The notes below the pieces were generated by a model that did no database searches, was not told where the DNA came from, and worked only from the letters and a program-made list of their open reading frames with translations. 64,000 nucleotides of DNA from Lama glama (lineage: Eukaryota). Positions 26,046 through 39,244 of this stretch are shown here, piece by piece (positions within the stretch are counted from its first letter, which is position 1; each line of letters opens with the position of its first letter). Location of the stretch: NCBI GenBank assembly GCA_028534125.1, contig CM052816.1, positions 68,574,001 through 68,638,000 on the forward strand, given 5' to 3'. The position numbers were made by a program, and so were the translations under genes.

Positions 26046-27194
26046 GAATCTTACTTGAGAGTTTTTTGTTTCTCTACAAATACTATCTCCAAATAATAAA
26101 TCATGTGTAAATAATAATTTTATCATCTTCCAAGAAATGGGGCTTCTATTATAATTATTTAAGTATGATGCTAACTGTTGTTCTGAAGTGATCATTCTTT
26201 TTCTTGTGAAGAAAGTATCCTTCTATTCCCACTTTATTGAGTTTTTTAACAAAAGGGGGAGTTGTCCCTGTATTTTATTTTATTGCTGAGATGTAAAAAA
26301 TTTAAGATTATAGACAGAAAAAGGGAGAATTTTCCTAAGAAAAATACACTTGAATTGCTTCCACAGGTAAAAACTCAGATGAAAGCTAATAGACAGTAAA
26401 CTTGATAGAAAACAAAAGTATATAATTTTTTTACTATCTTACTTCTTGATTGATTTCTTTTAGAGCTAATGCTTGATTCTTAATCTTTCTCACTTCCTTC
26501 CCTAAACTATTATAGCAAAAAGTCGATGGACTTTCTTTTCTCATTTCTACTTTTTACACTAAGGAATCCCTTGAGATGGGTTGTTCTCCACTTTGCCACC
26601 TATGTTTCCTAGATCCATCACTGTTTTGAGTAAATCATGGTCTTATTCTGCATAAAAGCAATTTTTTCATTTTTATATTAGCAGACCTCAAAAACAGAAA
26701 TTGACAGTGTTTTTTAAATGTTATTTTTTAATTCTTAATTCAAAGTAATTTTGTGTTATTGTAGAAAATTTAGAGAATATAGGTAAGTCGACTGTTAATT
26801 TAAAATAAATCCCATTAGCCAGAGATAACCACTGTTTACACTTTGTGGCTATCTCTACAGTCTTTTTTTTTTTTTATGCACACACACACACTTCTTAAAA
26901 TAAAAGTAAAATCATACTATACATGCTGTTGGAATCATGAACATTTGCCATAGCATAAAATATTTCTCTAGTACATAATTCTTACATACTGTATACCACT
27001 GAGCAACTGTATCATAGTTTAACCATTCCCCTCTATGTAGACAGTTATTTCCAATATTTTTAAGTGGTGCTTTTTAGATTAGCCACTGAAGAATGTTAAA
27101 TGACCAATTCTCCCTTCCCTGATTACTTTTCTAAAGGTATTTTTCTGGCAAATTCAGGCAATAGAAGAACTTTATTGAGTCAGACAGACCCTAA

Positions 27195-28125
27195 TTTTTT
27201 AAAATGAAGTATAGTTGATTTATAGTGTTAATTTCAGGTGTACAATGTAGTGATTCAATATTTTTACAGATTGTGCTCCATTTAAAGTTACTACAAAATA
27301 ACGGCTATATTTCCCTGTGCTGTATAATATATCCTCAGTGCTTATCTATTTTATACATAGTGGTTTGTATCTCTTAATCCCATACTCCTATCTTGCCCCT
27401 CCCTCTTTCCCACTTCCCACTGGTAACTACTAGTTTATTCTTTGTGTCTGTGAGTCAGTTTCTGTTTTGTTGCTTTCATTTGTTATCTTTTAGATTCTAC
27501 ATATAAGGGATAACATACACTATTTGTCTTTCTGTTTGACTTATTTCACTAAGCATAGTACTCTCTAGGTCCATCCACATTACTGCAAATGACAGGATTT
27601 CATTATTTTCAATGGCCAAGTAATATTCCATTATATATATATGTGTGTGTGTGTATGTCTCTGTGTGTGTGTCTGTGTGTATATACCACAACGTCTTTAT
27701 CCATTCATCTGTTGATGGACACTTAGGTTGCTTCATATCTTGGCTATTATAAGTAATGCTGCTGTGAACATTGGGATGCATTACTTTTTTTGACTTAATG
27801 TTTTCATTTTCTTCAGATAAATGCCCAGCAGTAATATCATATGGTAATTCTATTTTTAGTCCCCCATAATGGCTGCACCAATTTACATCCCCCTCAACAG
27901 TGTACTCTGGTTCCCTTTTCTCAGCATTCTCACCAACATTAGTTATTTGTTTATTTTTAATGGTAGCTGTTTTGTGTGAGATGTGAGGTGGTATCTCACT
28001 GTGGTTTTGATTTGCATTTCTCTGATGATTAGTGATGTGGATCATTTTTTCTTGTGCCTCTTGGCCATCTGTATATCTAATTTGGAAAAAATGTATATTC
28101 AGGTCTTCTGCCCATTTCTTAATCA
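27195..28125 (-). mobile_element. 5'-truncated L1 (artiodactyl-type 3' UTR plus ORF2 C-terminal remnant)
   Basis: Minus ORF 27497..28135 contains ORF2 C-terminal motifs (KQPKCPSTDEWIK, MEYYLAI, WMDLESTMLSEISQ); poly(T) at about 27195. Confidence 0.9.
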
Positions 28126-28427
28126 TGTGGACCATGAATTTTTATCTTGCTCTGCAACATACTAGTTGTATGACCTCAAACAGGAATAACTGATATAAAG
28201 TACTCTTGCAGAGTAGTCATTTCTTGATTCCTTTTCTTTCCCTTTTCAAGTATTTACTCAAGTATAGTGCTAGCCTTGAGGAACTTTGTGAAGACATTTT
28301 AATATTCTTATTCCCGAGACAAAACAGAGACAACTGATTTTAGTAAACAACTTTTGACTACTAATATTCGTTTTCTAGTTGTCACTTTTTAATGTGTTTT
28401 TTTCTTCCCCCTCTCTTTTTCTCCTAG

Positions 28428-28534
28428 AGATAAGATTTCAGTTTCCACAGCTGACTGGAGTGCTTACCCTTGCTTTCTTTATTCATAATTGCATTATCAC
28501 ACTCTTAAAGAACAACAAGAACCAAGAAAACAAT
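28428..28534 (+). CDS. SLC38A9: SLC38A9 coding exon (E)[35 protein letters not shown]
   Basis: long polypyrimidine tract, ctcctag|AG ATA ... AAC AAT|gtgagt; 107 nt. Confidence 0.97.
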
Positions 28535-28600
28535 GTGAGTAATTACCTGAAGAATAGACTTTTATTACTAGATCTTAATATTTAAATTTAAACCATAAAA

Positions 28601-28820
28601 CAGTGATCAGCAAACTTATTCTGTAACGGTTTAGGTGGTAAATACTGTAGACCTTGCAGGCCATGTGGTTACAACCACCCAGCTCTCCTGTTGTGTACAT
28701 AAAAGTAACCACAGACAGTATGTAAACAAGTGGATGATGGCTATTTTACAGGAATACCTTATTTACAAAAACAGACAGTGAGCCAGATTTCACCCATGGG
28801 CCAGAGTTTGCCAACCCCTG
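28601..28820. mobile_element. MER58A hAT-Charlie MITE
   Basis: Terminal inverted repeats cagtgatcagcaaact ... agtttgccaacccctg; about 220 bp. Confidence 0.85.
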
Positions 28821-28829
28821 CTGTAGAGC

Positions 28830-30118
28830 AATTACAAAAAAAAAAAAGATGTATAGCTAATAGCCAATAGTGATAATAAAATCTTTAAAAATACCAAAGT
28901 GATCTAAAAGAAGACAGGAAAAAGGAAAGAAAGACTAGATGGGACAAACAGAGAATAAATAGGAAGATAATAGATTTAAACCCAATCATATTGATAATTA
29001 CATTATAAATGGTCTAAGTACTACAATTAAAAGATAGGGATTGTCAGGGAGAGGGTATAGCTCAGTGGTAGAGCATGTGCTTAGTACACGTGAGGTCCTA
29101 GTTTCAATCCCTAGAACCGCCATTAAAAAATAAATAAGTAAACCTAATTACCAACCTCCCCCCAAAAAAAACAAAAAATAAAATAGTTGCTTAAATAAAA
29201 CTATAAATGTTTTTAAATAGGAGAAAAAGAGAAGAAGAAAAAAAAAAAGAGTAACCACGGAGGGGGGAGGGGGGCGTGAAATGGGGATTGTCAGTCTGAT
29301 TAAAAAACAAAACCTAACTATATGCTATCTGCAAGAAACTTCCTTTAAATGTAAGGATATACCATGCAGACACTAAACATAAGAAAGGTAGAGTGTTTAT
29401 TTTAGTATCAGACAAAGTAGACTTCAGAACAAGGAGTATAGCCATAGATAAAGAGGGATGTTATATGATGATCTTTAGGGATCAATTCATCAAGAAGACA
29501 TAATAATCTTAAAAATGTGTGCACCCAATGACAGAGTTTCCAAGAAAATGAAACAGCAGCTGTCAAAACTGCAAGAAGTAGACAAATCTATGATTATAAT
29601 TAGAGATTTCATCACCCCTCTGTGAACAATTGATAGAAGAAATAGAAAATAAGGATATAGAAGACATGAAAAACACTGTCAATCTACTTGCTCTAATTGA
29701 CAGTTATAAAAGTCTTCTCTCAAACAGCAGAATACACATTCTTTTCAAATGCACAAGAAGCATTTAGCAAGATAGATCATATTCTGATTCATTAAACAAA
29801 TCACAATAAATTTAAAAGGTCTAAAATCATACCAAGTATGTTTTTTGACCACAGTGAAGTTAGAAATCCATAACAGAAAGAAATTTGGGAAATTGACAAA
29901 TATGTGGAAACTAAACAAAATACTTCTAAATATTGAGTCAAGGAAGAAATCACTTTGAGATTACTGAAAGAAGATGCAACATGCTAAAATATATGGGGTG
30001 TAGCTAAAACAGTGCTTAAAGGGAAATTTATAGCTGTAAGCACCTACATTAAAAAAGAAGAAACCTCAAATCAGTAATCTAACCTTCTAACTTAAGATAC
30101 TGGAAAAAGAAGAGCAAT
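28830..30118 (+). mobile_element. Old L1 fragment spanning the ORF2 endonuclease region
   Basis: tatcagacaaagtagacttcaga...caattcatcaagaagacataa...gcagaatacacattcttttcaaatgcac...gcttaaagggaaatttatagc. Confidence 0.85.
29048..29283 (+). mobile_element. Vic-1-like tRNA-derived SINE with extended tail, inserted in L1
   Basis: A box tagctcagtggtagagc, B box tttcaatcc, aaacctaattacc tail; TSD GGGATTGTCAG (29037-29047, 29284-29294). Confidence 0.9.
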
Positions 30119-30330
30119 TTATAGTCAATTTCTGATGTACAGCACAATACTTCAGTCACACATGAACATACATATATTTGTTTTCATATTTTTCACCATA
30201 TGTTACTATAGATATTGAATATAGTTACCTGTGCTATGCAGTATGAACTTGTTGTTTATCTATTTTATATATGTTTGTATCTACAAATCTCAAACTCCCA
30301 ACTTATTCCTTCCCATCCCCTTCCCACCCC
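30119..30330 (-). mobile_element. Young L1 3' UTR fragment lacking its poly(A)
   Basis: Same family as 12972-13088 and 56468-56617 (catgaacatacatatatt...gatattgaatatagttacctgtgc). Confidence 0.8.
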
Positions 30331-33300
30331 ATTTTCATCTTTAGTGTTATCTGGTAACACACATCTGGCATATTACCTGTGAATGGTGTTGCAATTGAGT
30401 AAACCTGGATTTTCCAAACTTCCTAACTTGGTAACCTTCTAATTTAATTCTCTTCATGTGTAAAAATAGCATTATTTGGTACCTTCCTCTCAAGGTTTTA
30501 ATCCTAATTAAATATTATAAAACAGGAGAAGTGTTTAACCTGCTGTGATGTATAGTAGGGGCTAGAAATTTTTAGCTCTTCTACCTCTCTTACCCTTGCT
30601 TTCCTGACATTTACAGACTGTGGTTCTTTATGTTAACAGGAGAAGATATCCTCCCCTTCAGATTCTTTCTAGTGCCTTTAAACTTGTTTTGAAATGAAAC
30701 ATATTAACTCTTCTCCAAAATTTCTTCCCTTGATAGTAATAAATTAGATTCCCAGAAATACACATAACTGAATCACATCAATTCTTTCTTTCGTTCTCTC
30801 ATCACTACACTGGATTTTAATGTTAAAAGTGGCCTTTTACCAAGGGTTCATGGTAATACAAGAAAGCCATGTGCAGAGTGTTGCTTCATTGTTTTATAAG
30901 AACTGTAATTGGGATATTCTTTGTTAGATTGTTCAACATCCTTTATATAAAGATTGTGAGAGAATTTTCTGTTTTCAAGTCTAAGAAAATTTCTCTTAAT
31001 GAACTCATTATTTGGCAATAAGGATCATATAACTATTCTTGTTTCTGTTTTTGCCATAACTTTTGGAAAACTTAAAAGATTAGGTTTTCTTATTTTCTGT
31101 GACTTTTCTTAGGCAAAATGTATTTTCATAGTTTTTTTCTTTCTCTGTATCCCTCACACTTTAGATTTGATTTTTATCCTGGAAATGTTTAGTCTTATTG
31201 TGCTTATACTTTTGTCATAAACAGATTTAAGTCTTTTGAAGGAATAGAAAGAAAAATCTTATTTATCCTAAATAAACATTTGGAACTTTACTATGTAGAG
31301 GGAAAATTGAAGATATACTTTATGGCCTTTATTTTTAAATCCCTTTCTCTTCACAAATTTCCTGACTCATTGCCACTTGAACTAAGCTGCCTACCACAAG
31401 TTTTAGGAAGTTTAAAGATATGTGGAAGGAGGAAGCACTGTTTAAACTACTCTTCATAAATTTTTACAAAGAAATAAAACACTTTAATTCTCAATGTTTC
31501 TGATGTTTTAAATTAGTGTACTAAATTAATATTAGTTTTACTATTTTTTTCATTGCCTTATACATTTGTAACTGACAGTGAGAGGGTTTTTAATGTTTTG
31601 ACAAAAATTGTCAAACATCATGGAACAATCTTAATTTTTCCCATCGATTATTATGATTGCACTGCACGGTCACTTTTTTTTTTAACAACTGATAATCAAT
31701 TTATTAAAGCATCTGCAGTGGTGACTGCAGCTGCTCAGTACTGATGGAAGTAATGCTGCTTAACAGCATCTGAAGGACTGTGCAAGTCAATGAATCGCTT
31801 ATGGACTCTCATCAAGAACCAACTTGGAAAATCTTAGAGTCTTAGAACAATCACCTCAAGGAGTTTTTCTTGTAGTGACTCTCAGAGTCTTGGTTGGCAT
31901 CTGAACTGGTCCTTTCACTTTTAGATTCATTTCCTGTGTGCCCTTCTCCAGGGATTTTATGTTGTGGCTGGTTAGTAATTCTCATTCAGTGAGGTTTCAC
32001 AGGTGTCTTCCCAGTACCTGCAAGCTTTGGCTGCAGTGCAGCTTCCTGACTGACTTATTACTGAGATAGCAAACAGTGGTGCGGCAGGAGCAGGAACAAG
32101 TCATCCCCAGCTGTGCTGTACCTGTGAAGGCATTTTCCTCTAAAAGGTGTCCAGGCACTTTCACAGTCTCATACTTCATGAAAAGAGAGGGCTGTCTATT
32201 CTTAACTTTGCTTCTGAAAATTCTTAAGTAGAATTACTTTTCTGGAAATTCACATCAGTTTATCTGGAGGTGTGCATTCCTCATTGTGAGAAGCTCAGGA
32301 CTGGATAGAGAGCTGAGAATTTCATGGTCCCCCAAGGACGTAGGAAGAGTCCTGCCTTTCTTCCTAGAACATTCAGCGGGCCTTGAAATCTGTATTTCAT
32401 ATGTAAATACCATAAAATGTATTCTCATTTCTACTAAGTTTTAGGACTAACACTTTGTAGAACTAGTATGTGAGATTCAGCTAATAAAATTTGACTCAGC
32501 TTTTGTCACTTGTGGAAAATATTTTTTAAGAAGACTTAAAAGTTTAAATGGATGATGTTTTCTTACTGTCTTAATTGAAACTAGAATATGAAGTGTAGCC
32601 CAGCTTTCAGAAACTCAGTTATACTTCATGTTAATTGCTTAAAATATTAATAATTAACGATAAGCTAACATTTATGATCCGCCATGTGTCATCAAAATTC
32701 TAAACACTTTAAATACTTGTAAATATTTACAGTTTCCTTTTGATTATACTGAATTGGCTTATGTATTTGCATAAACTAAGCTAAATAGGTACTATATTCT
32801 GAGAAAAACTTTGTCATTTGATTAGTCTAATGATTATACTTTTAAGCAGGTTTCAGTAAGTAATTTGACTCATAAGGTTCTTGTTAATATTGTGATACAA
32901 TTTTTTTTGATGTTTAAGTCAGAAAATGTAAAGATTGTCTGGAACTCTTGATTCTTAATGTTGATATTGTGTTAGTCATTCAGAGATGAGTTTTTAAAAA
33001 GTTTGAAAATAGAAAAGAAGATGAAAGAATAGAAAGGACTTCATTCTCTTTTATAAAAAGTATAATTGGATCTAAAGATGTTTGTGAAGGACAGGGAGGC
33101 TCCTATCCTAAACAGATATGGTGATCAAATTTTCCAGGTTTTCCAATTTTCACTTATTTCATGGATTTTTTCCCACTAAACATAATTTTTATATGTATAA
33201 CTAAATGAGATATAATTTCTATTTTTCAAAGGCATATCTTCACCAAAAAAAAAAAGTAGAGTTGAAGATCATCCAACTCATTCCTTATCATCAGAATATA

Positions 33301-34319
33301 TAGTCTTATAACCACCCTGACTATATGGACTAACCTCCTGGTGTTTCCTCGTCATGTTTGAATCAGAACCTATACAGTGTTTTTTGTTTGTTTGTTTTGA
33401 TTTGCCTATCTTTATTTAGTTTTATACCCTGCTTAGTTCTTTAAAAATGATTTGAGATGCCTTATATATTAATTTATTTACTTTTTGCTTCTTATGAATC
33501 TGTGTAGTTTGTTTAACTATACATCAGCAGAAGTTTTTATGTAAATGTTCGGGGTAGGTCTGTCATCTTTTTCGTAAATGCACCACTGGATGGTATTTTC
33601 ACTATCAACAGTCTGTGGAACAGATTAGAAATCATATTTGAGAAGCAGAAGGTGCTCCACATCGCCTTGTGCCCCACTGTAAACCCAGTCCTCATTATGA
33701 GTTGCCATTCTTCCTGTCATTAGTTTTCTGCTGCCAGCCCTGCCAGCCATTGCTCATCCGTGAGGCAGAGTAAGTTACCTCGTTAGTGTACAGGGTACTT
33801 GGCACATTACTAGCTCATATGGTCACTTGTGTCCATTTTTAAACATTTTTTATTTTGAACTTCGTTTTCTAAAACAGTTTTTTTCCACCCGTTTCCATTA
33901 AATAGGCTTTTAAGTGGCTATATCTCTAGGCTTAGAATAGTGGTGGCTTTTATTCAAGCCAGAGAATAGCAAAACCCACATGTGTGCATGCTATTCATAG
34001 GTGGCATGTTTCCCAGGACCATGCTAAACCTCAGCTGCTTTTATATTAAAATATCATTTCTGTTCATTATTTTCTGATGAAAACAGATATGCAACTCTTG
34101 ACCTAGTTCTTTTGAATGTACATTTGGGCTACTATGAAATAGAATTTTTCTGATTATTGTATTTCTCTAGTATTTTTCTTGCATCTATATGTATGCTTTA
34201 TTGTATCCTCTGTTACTCACAACTTGTAACCTCTCTTTCATTGTTTTCTTTGCTATTGTTTATTAACTATGACACATATATATTAGAAACTGGTTAGATC
34301 TCCATTGCAGTATTTAGGG

Positions 34320-34525
34320 GCATACAATTTGGAGCCAGAAAGTCTTTGGTTTGAATATTAACTTCCCCAACTATTCACTTTGTAACCATGAGCAAATCTT
34401 GTAACCTTGCTATACTAACTAACATATATAAAATGAAGAAAATTATTGTACTTACATTAAATGAGATAATATATGTAATGTGCTTTGCACAGAGCCTAGT
34501 ACCTAGAAGCACTTAATATTTGTAG
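34320..34525 (+). mobile_element. MIR SINE
   Basis: ttggagccagaaagtctttggtttgaat...attaaatgagataatatatgtaatgtgctttgcacagagcctagtac. Confidence 0.7.
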
Positions 34526-35244
34526 ACAACATGGTTATTTTTATCTACATTTACTAAGTTCCTGCTATGTGGCAGATATTGTCCTGGGTATGAAGGATTT
34601 AAAGATGGAAAAGACACAGTCTTTGTTCTCAGGGATCTCATAATCTAGTAGTATGGACCAAATTAGATATAGAAAAATTAAAATATCAACATGATAGGAG
34701 GACTACTACCTTTGGCTACTTTTTGGGTGTTGAGGGACATTTTCTCTCCAGTAGAGATCCTCATACCATGAATATAGATTCTTCTATAATAAAAATTAAT
34801 GACAATGACAATATAGGGTAACAGATGCTATATTTCAGATATGTATATAGTGCTATAAGAACAGGGAAGCAAAAGGGGAAAACTCTTATAGGGAAGGCCC
34901 TGCATCTTAGCCTTTTTGTCTTCATCAGATTTTCCCCAGAGTTTGCTGAGGTACACATCTTTGCAGGAAGCCTAACCAAAATAATGTGCAATCTCCATAA
35001 TCCAGGTTCCTGTAGTTTCATAGGCCTGTCCACTGCTTAATTTAGATATGGAAATCCCTGGTTTGTTTTCAAGCTGATTGTCAACTTAGACCTGACCTTT
35101 GAATTTCTCATAGTTTGTTACTTGCTTTTTAAGTCAATTTATCAACACTAAAGTTTATAACTCTCTACTATTGCTTTAGCCTGTTTAAGAAGAAACGTTT
35201 TCCCCAAAATCAGAAATGTTCCCTAATATCAAATGTCTGTTGTT

Positions 35245-35264
35245 TGTGTGTGTGTGTGTGTGTG
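35245..35264. repeat. (TG)n microsatellite
   Basis: Short perfect TG run. Confidence 0.9.
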
Positions 35265-36227
35265 GTATCAAACTAAAGCAAAATGTGTATAATTTTTTTC
35301 TTGTCTGTTTTCTTAGCTTTCAAAGTAATTTGTGTTTAAAATGAAAAATGAATAGGGTTATTCCCATAATTTAGTTGTGCTGAATTGTTTGGCCATAACT
35401 TTAGTGGTGATGGAGACCAGATTTATGAGTTGCGGGATCTGTTCTGTTTGGATCTGACAGCTGGCTGCATTAAGTATCTGGGAGCTTTTTACTTTGCATG
35501 GGGATGGGAGGATGGGAGGTTGGGAGGATGGGGAACAGCAGTGGAAGAAAGCAGTCCACTTTATTTAATGTTCTGCATTTGTTTACTGGTTCCAGTCATA
35601 ACATTGTGCAGCTGTTTGAACAGCTGCCTTTTGATTTCCTTTTGTTTACTATTTAGGTTTATTAAGCTTGTCTTTAATACCTGCTTACTGTCTGGTCTTT
35701 AACTAACTTTCCCTCTTAATTAAATATATTTTAATGTATACCAGTCTCTTTTGGTCTAGGCATGCTTTGATGATTTAACAAGTTAATTCACTAAAAGAAA
35801 ATTTTTAATTCTGCAGGTCATACAGAAATTGGCTTATTCTTGCTTTCTTGTTGTCCCTTAGCTTTATTATTTTAGTATTTAGTATTTGTTTATTTTCTTA
35901 CTGTCCTGGAGTACATAGACTAAGCTACCTGTTGGTAGACTTAGGAAGTTAACATAAACGGTGATTTAACATGATTGAAATTCTGACTTAATTTCAAAAG
36001 GTGTTAAAAAAAATGGTCAGACTAGTTGTAAAGTATGTGAATTTTGTTTTAACTACTTTCCCTAAACAGATTGGATACCTCAGAGATATTACACAGACAC
36101 ACAGACACACATAAAGGTCAAAAAGATGTATCTTCTATTTTTTTGGTCAGTCTTACTAGTTAGTCTATTCAGGCATACTTACTAAAAATTTCTTCAGCAT
36201 TGTGGGAATTTTATTATCTTTTTGCAG

Positions 36228-36341
36228 GTGAGGGACTTGTCCATTGCTTATATGCTGGTGACATTAACTTATCTCTATATTGGAATCTTGGTTTTTGCTT
36301 CATTTCCTTCGCCACCATTATCCAAAGATTGTATAGAGCAG
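36228..36341 (+). CDS. SLC38A9: SLC38A9 coding exon [38 protein letters not shown]
   Basis: tttgcag|GTG AGG ... GAG CAG|gtaagg; 114 nt. Confidence 0.97.
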
Positions 36342-36404
36342 GTAAGGCACTGAGTACACTCTCTTTGTGATTGTTTATACTTTCATATCTGCAGAGCAAG
36401 CAAA

Positions 36405-36630
36405 TACGATACAGTAGCAAAATATAATACCAGGCCGGCCTGGATTTGAATACCATCTCTACTGTTTACTGTACATGTGAGAATTTAGGTACCTTCCTTC
36501 TCCTCTCTGCGCTTCAGTTTCCTCTTCCATTAAACAGTATAATACATACTCCATAGATTTTTAGATGGACTTCCTGAGAAAACCTACTGCATGCTGGCAC
36601 CTTGAGGTACTCAAATAAATGATTCCTATT
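36405..36630 (+). mobile_element. MIR SINE
   Basis: cctggatttgaatacc...ctctctgcgcttcagtttcctcttc. Confidence 0.6.
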
Positions 36631-37884
36631 ATATGCATAGTATTTTTGTATGTGTGGAGAACTTTAACTAGTTGTAGTCTTGAATTTATAAACCCTCCAC
36701 AGAGAATATAGTCAATTCCCTTATTTGGATCTGGAAGTGTCCTGAATAAACTGGTGTCTTAGTTCATCAGTCCCTAATAATAAGTCTGACACTCATTTTG
36801 GTACAGTGTGGCAGGCAGCAAAACAAAGAAAGACTATGTGTTTAAAAGATGAAAGGAGAGACAGGAAGAATAAAAGAAACATTCTTTTACTAAAAGATTG
36901 CCATAAATAACATTTTGTTTGATTTGCCCTGTCATAAACTTAGAAATAGTGTAGTCTCTAGTTTAATGTAACTGAAGAATTTCTTACCAAAACATAGCAT
37001 TCACAGGTGATTTTCTTTCTAGTCAGAAGAAATTTCTCTAATAAAGTGTAGTAGAGTATATAATGTGATTTATTACAGATGAGTTATAAAGACTATTTCA
37101 GCGTAATAGCATTAATAACATTCTCATCTTTAGAAGAGAAATAGGTTTGAGTTACTGCTATTATGATAGCTTGAAATGTTCTCTTGATTTCCTTGGTTCC
37201 AGAAGTTCTTTGGAAGCTAAATGTTTGCTGAAAATTCCCCTGATGTGAACAATCTCATAGAAAGCCCACTCCCTTGGGAATAAGGATATCTGTGGTATTT
37301 GTATTTGAAAGGAAAAAAAATCTGAGTGAATAGTTTTTTTTTCTTAGATGCCAAATGAAAATGGAAAAAAGAGTCATGAAAGGAAATAGAAATAAATCAT
37401 TTTCTATTTATTGATAGGCTGTACATAATAATGATACTAGGTGATAGATATAATCTCACCTTGTTCTGTAATCTTTTCTTTGAAAGTGCTGCAGTTCTTA
37501 AGAGGAGGAAAAGCAAGAGAACTATTGAAGATGAAATGCATTGAAGTAGCTATTTAAATATATTAAAACAAATTTATTCTTGAACCTTATAGAGCAGGTG
37601 GTGAAGGACAAGTTTCTCTTTATTGTCATTTCAGTGTCAAATCAATTGCAGACTGATACTTTTGTAAAATAGAATAAAAATACAGCAATGTCAGATTTCT
37701 GTAAGTTTCCAAACACGTTCAATTTCTGTACTTATTGAAGAGTAATACTTAACAGTTCGTGGACAGTCCACAAACCACAATTTGAGTGGCACCTGTGTTC
37801 AAAATAAGCAAAAAAATCCATTTTATAAATTTGTAGATACTGAATTTGATTTGTAACATCACTTTATTGTCTTTCTTGGATTAG

Positions 37885-38033
37885 AACTTTTTAGACAACT
37901 TCCCTAGCAGTGACATCCTGTCCTTCATTGCAAGGATATTCCTGCTGTTCCAGATGATGACTGTGTACCCACTCCTAGGCTACTTGGCTCGTGTTCAGCT
38001 ATTGGGCCATATCTTCGGTGACGTTTATCCTAG
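37885..38033 (+). CDS. SLC38A9: SLC38A9 coding exon [49 protein letters not shown] (TM8 cholesterol-recognition CARC/CRAC region)
   Basis: ggattag|AAC TTT ... CCT AG|gtaagg; 149 nt. Confidence 0.97.
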
Positions 38034-39244
38034 GTAAGGGCTCTTCTCTTGACCAGCAAGATGTGCCAAGCAACAAATGACTGGGCAAACAGGTCAGTTT
38101 AAAATGTGACTGATCCTTTTGCTATAAAAAGTTGCCTAATGAAAATGGTTACTAAGGATAGATCACTGGTGTTCTTTTCCCAGAAGAGCTTTAAAAATAG
38201 AAGCCACCCCCTTGTCCAGAATGATTTAAAGTTAATTCCTTCCTGTGTAGTTATGTTAGCTCTGATACCAGTTATATTTATCTTATGATTTAGTTGCTAT
38301 TAATCTTCTCTTTACCAAGAAGTTAATACTATATATAGTACCTGTGTTGGCTAATAAGAAGCAGCTCTTCTATTTTAATTATTGGTTATTAATATTTATT
38401 TGTATATTAACATTCATGCAGTTTTACATAAAAGATAATTGTTTAGGATTGAAGGTGAGATACATAACAAGTTTAAATTCTTATTTTCTTCTATACCTAT
38501 TGCTGTAATTTTTGACCTCTGGTTGGTGATGGAGGAGTTGTGAGTCTTTTTGAAAATCTATTCAAAGCTAGCCACCTTCATCCAAGAGAAGTTTCCATAT
38601 ACGGCTTCAGGGTTTCCCTGAAACTTCCTTGTGGACACCTGGTTAACTCCTACTCTTACACTGAATTTATTATAGATTAATTCTAGTAAAAAGTACCTAG
38701 TCCTTGTCACCTATTTTATTAGGAATAAATGATTTTAAGTAAATAAAACTTTTGGATAAAATCTGAAAAAAATTACATTTACAGTAACCAGCTAAACAAG
38801 TGGTCTTAACCAGTTTGTTTGAAGTGAACTTAGAATCTTTCCCCTTATTAAATAAATGGTTGTAAATATGTGGGTTTAAAAACAAAAACTTTTAAAAGCA
38901 AAAATCAGGAGTTACCAGGTCCCTAGCATTGACAGCAGCAGCAGCTACAATTCTCACATTGGATTTCAGTAAAAATAAGATTCTTGTGTTTATACCCCAT
39001 GCTGTATTTACATGCACCAAAATAAAGTATATACAGTGAAGTCAGAGATGTAGAAAATTCTAGGTAAATGCATTATTCCTGTTTTCTGCCATTATTTTGC
39101 GTGGTGTTGGCTATTCAAATGTTTTTTATTCTTATAAAACGTCTGGAATTTCTCTTTGTGTTCACATTACATTTCTTACCCTACTACCAAGAACACATTA
39201 TCATTTATCCTACAGTTACAAATACTATACAGACTGCATACTTT

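Noticed and set aside
27497..28135. 212-aa minus-strand ORF, the longest in the track
   Set aside because: Frameshifted L1 ORF2 C-terminal remnant; only part is in the ORF2 frame. Not a host gene.
29048..29122. tRNA-like sequence with A and B boxes
   Set aside because: SINE head with A-rich tail and TSDs; same family as 22050 and 42114. Not a tRNA gene.
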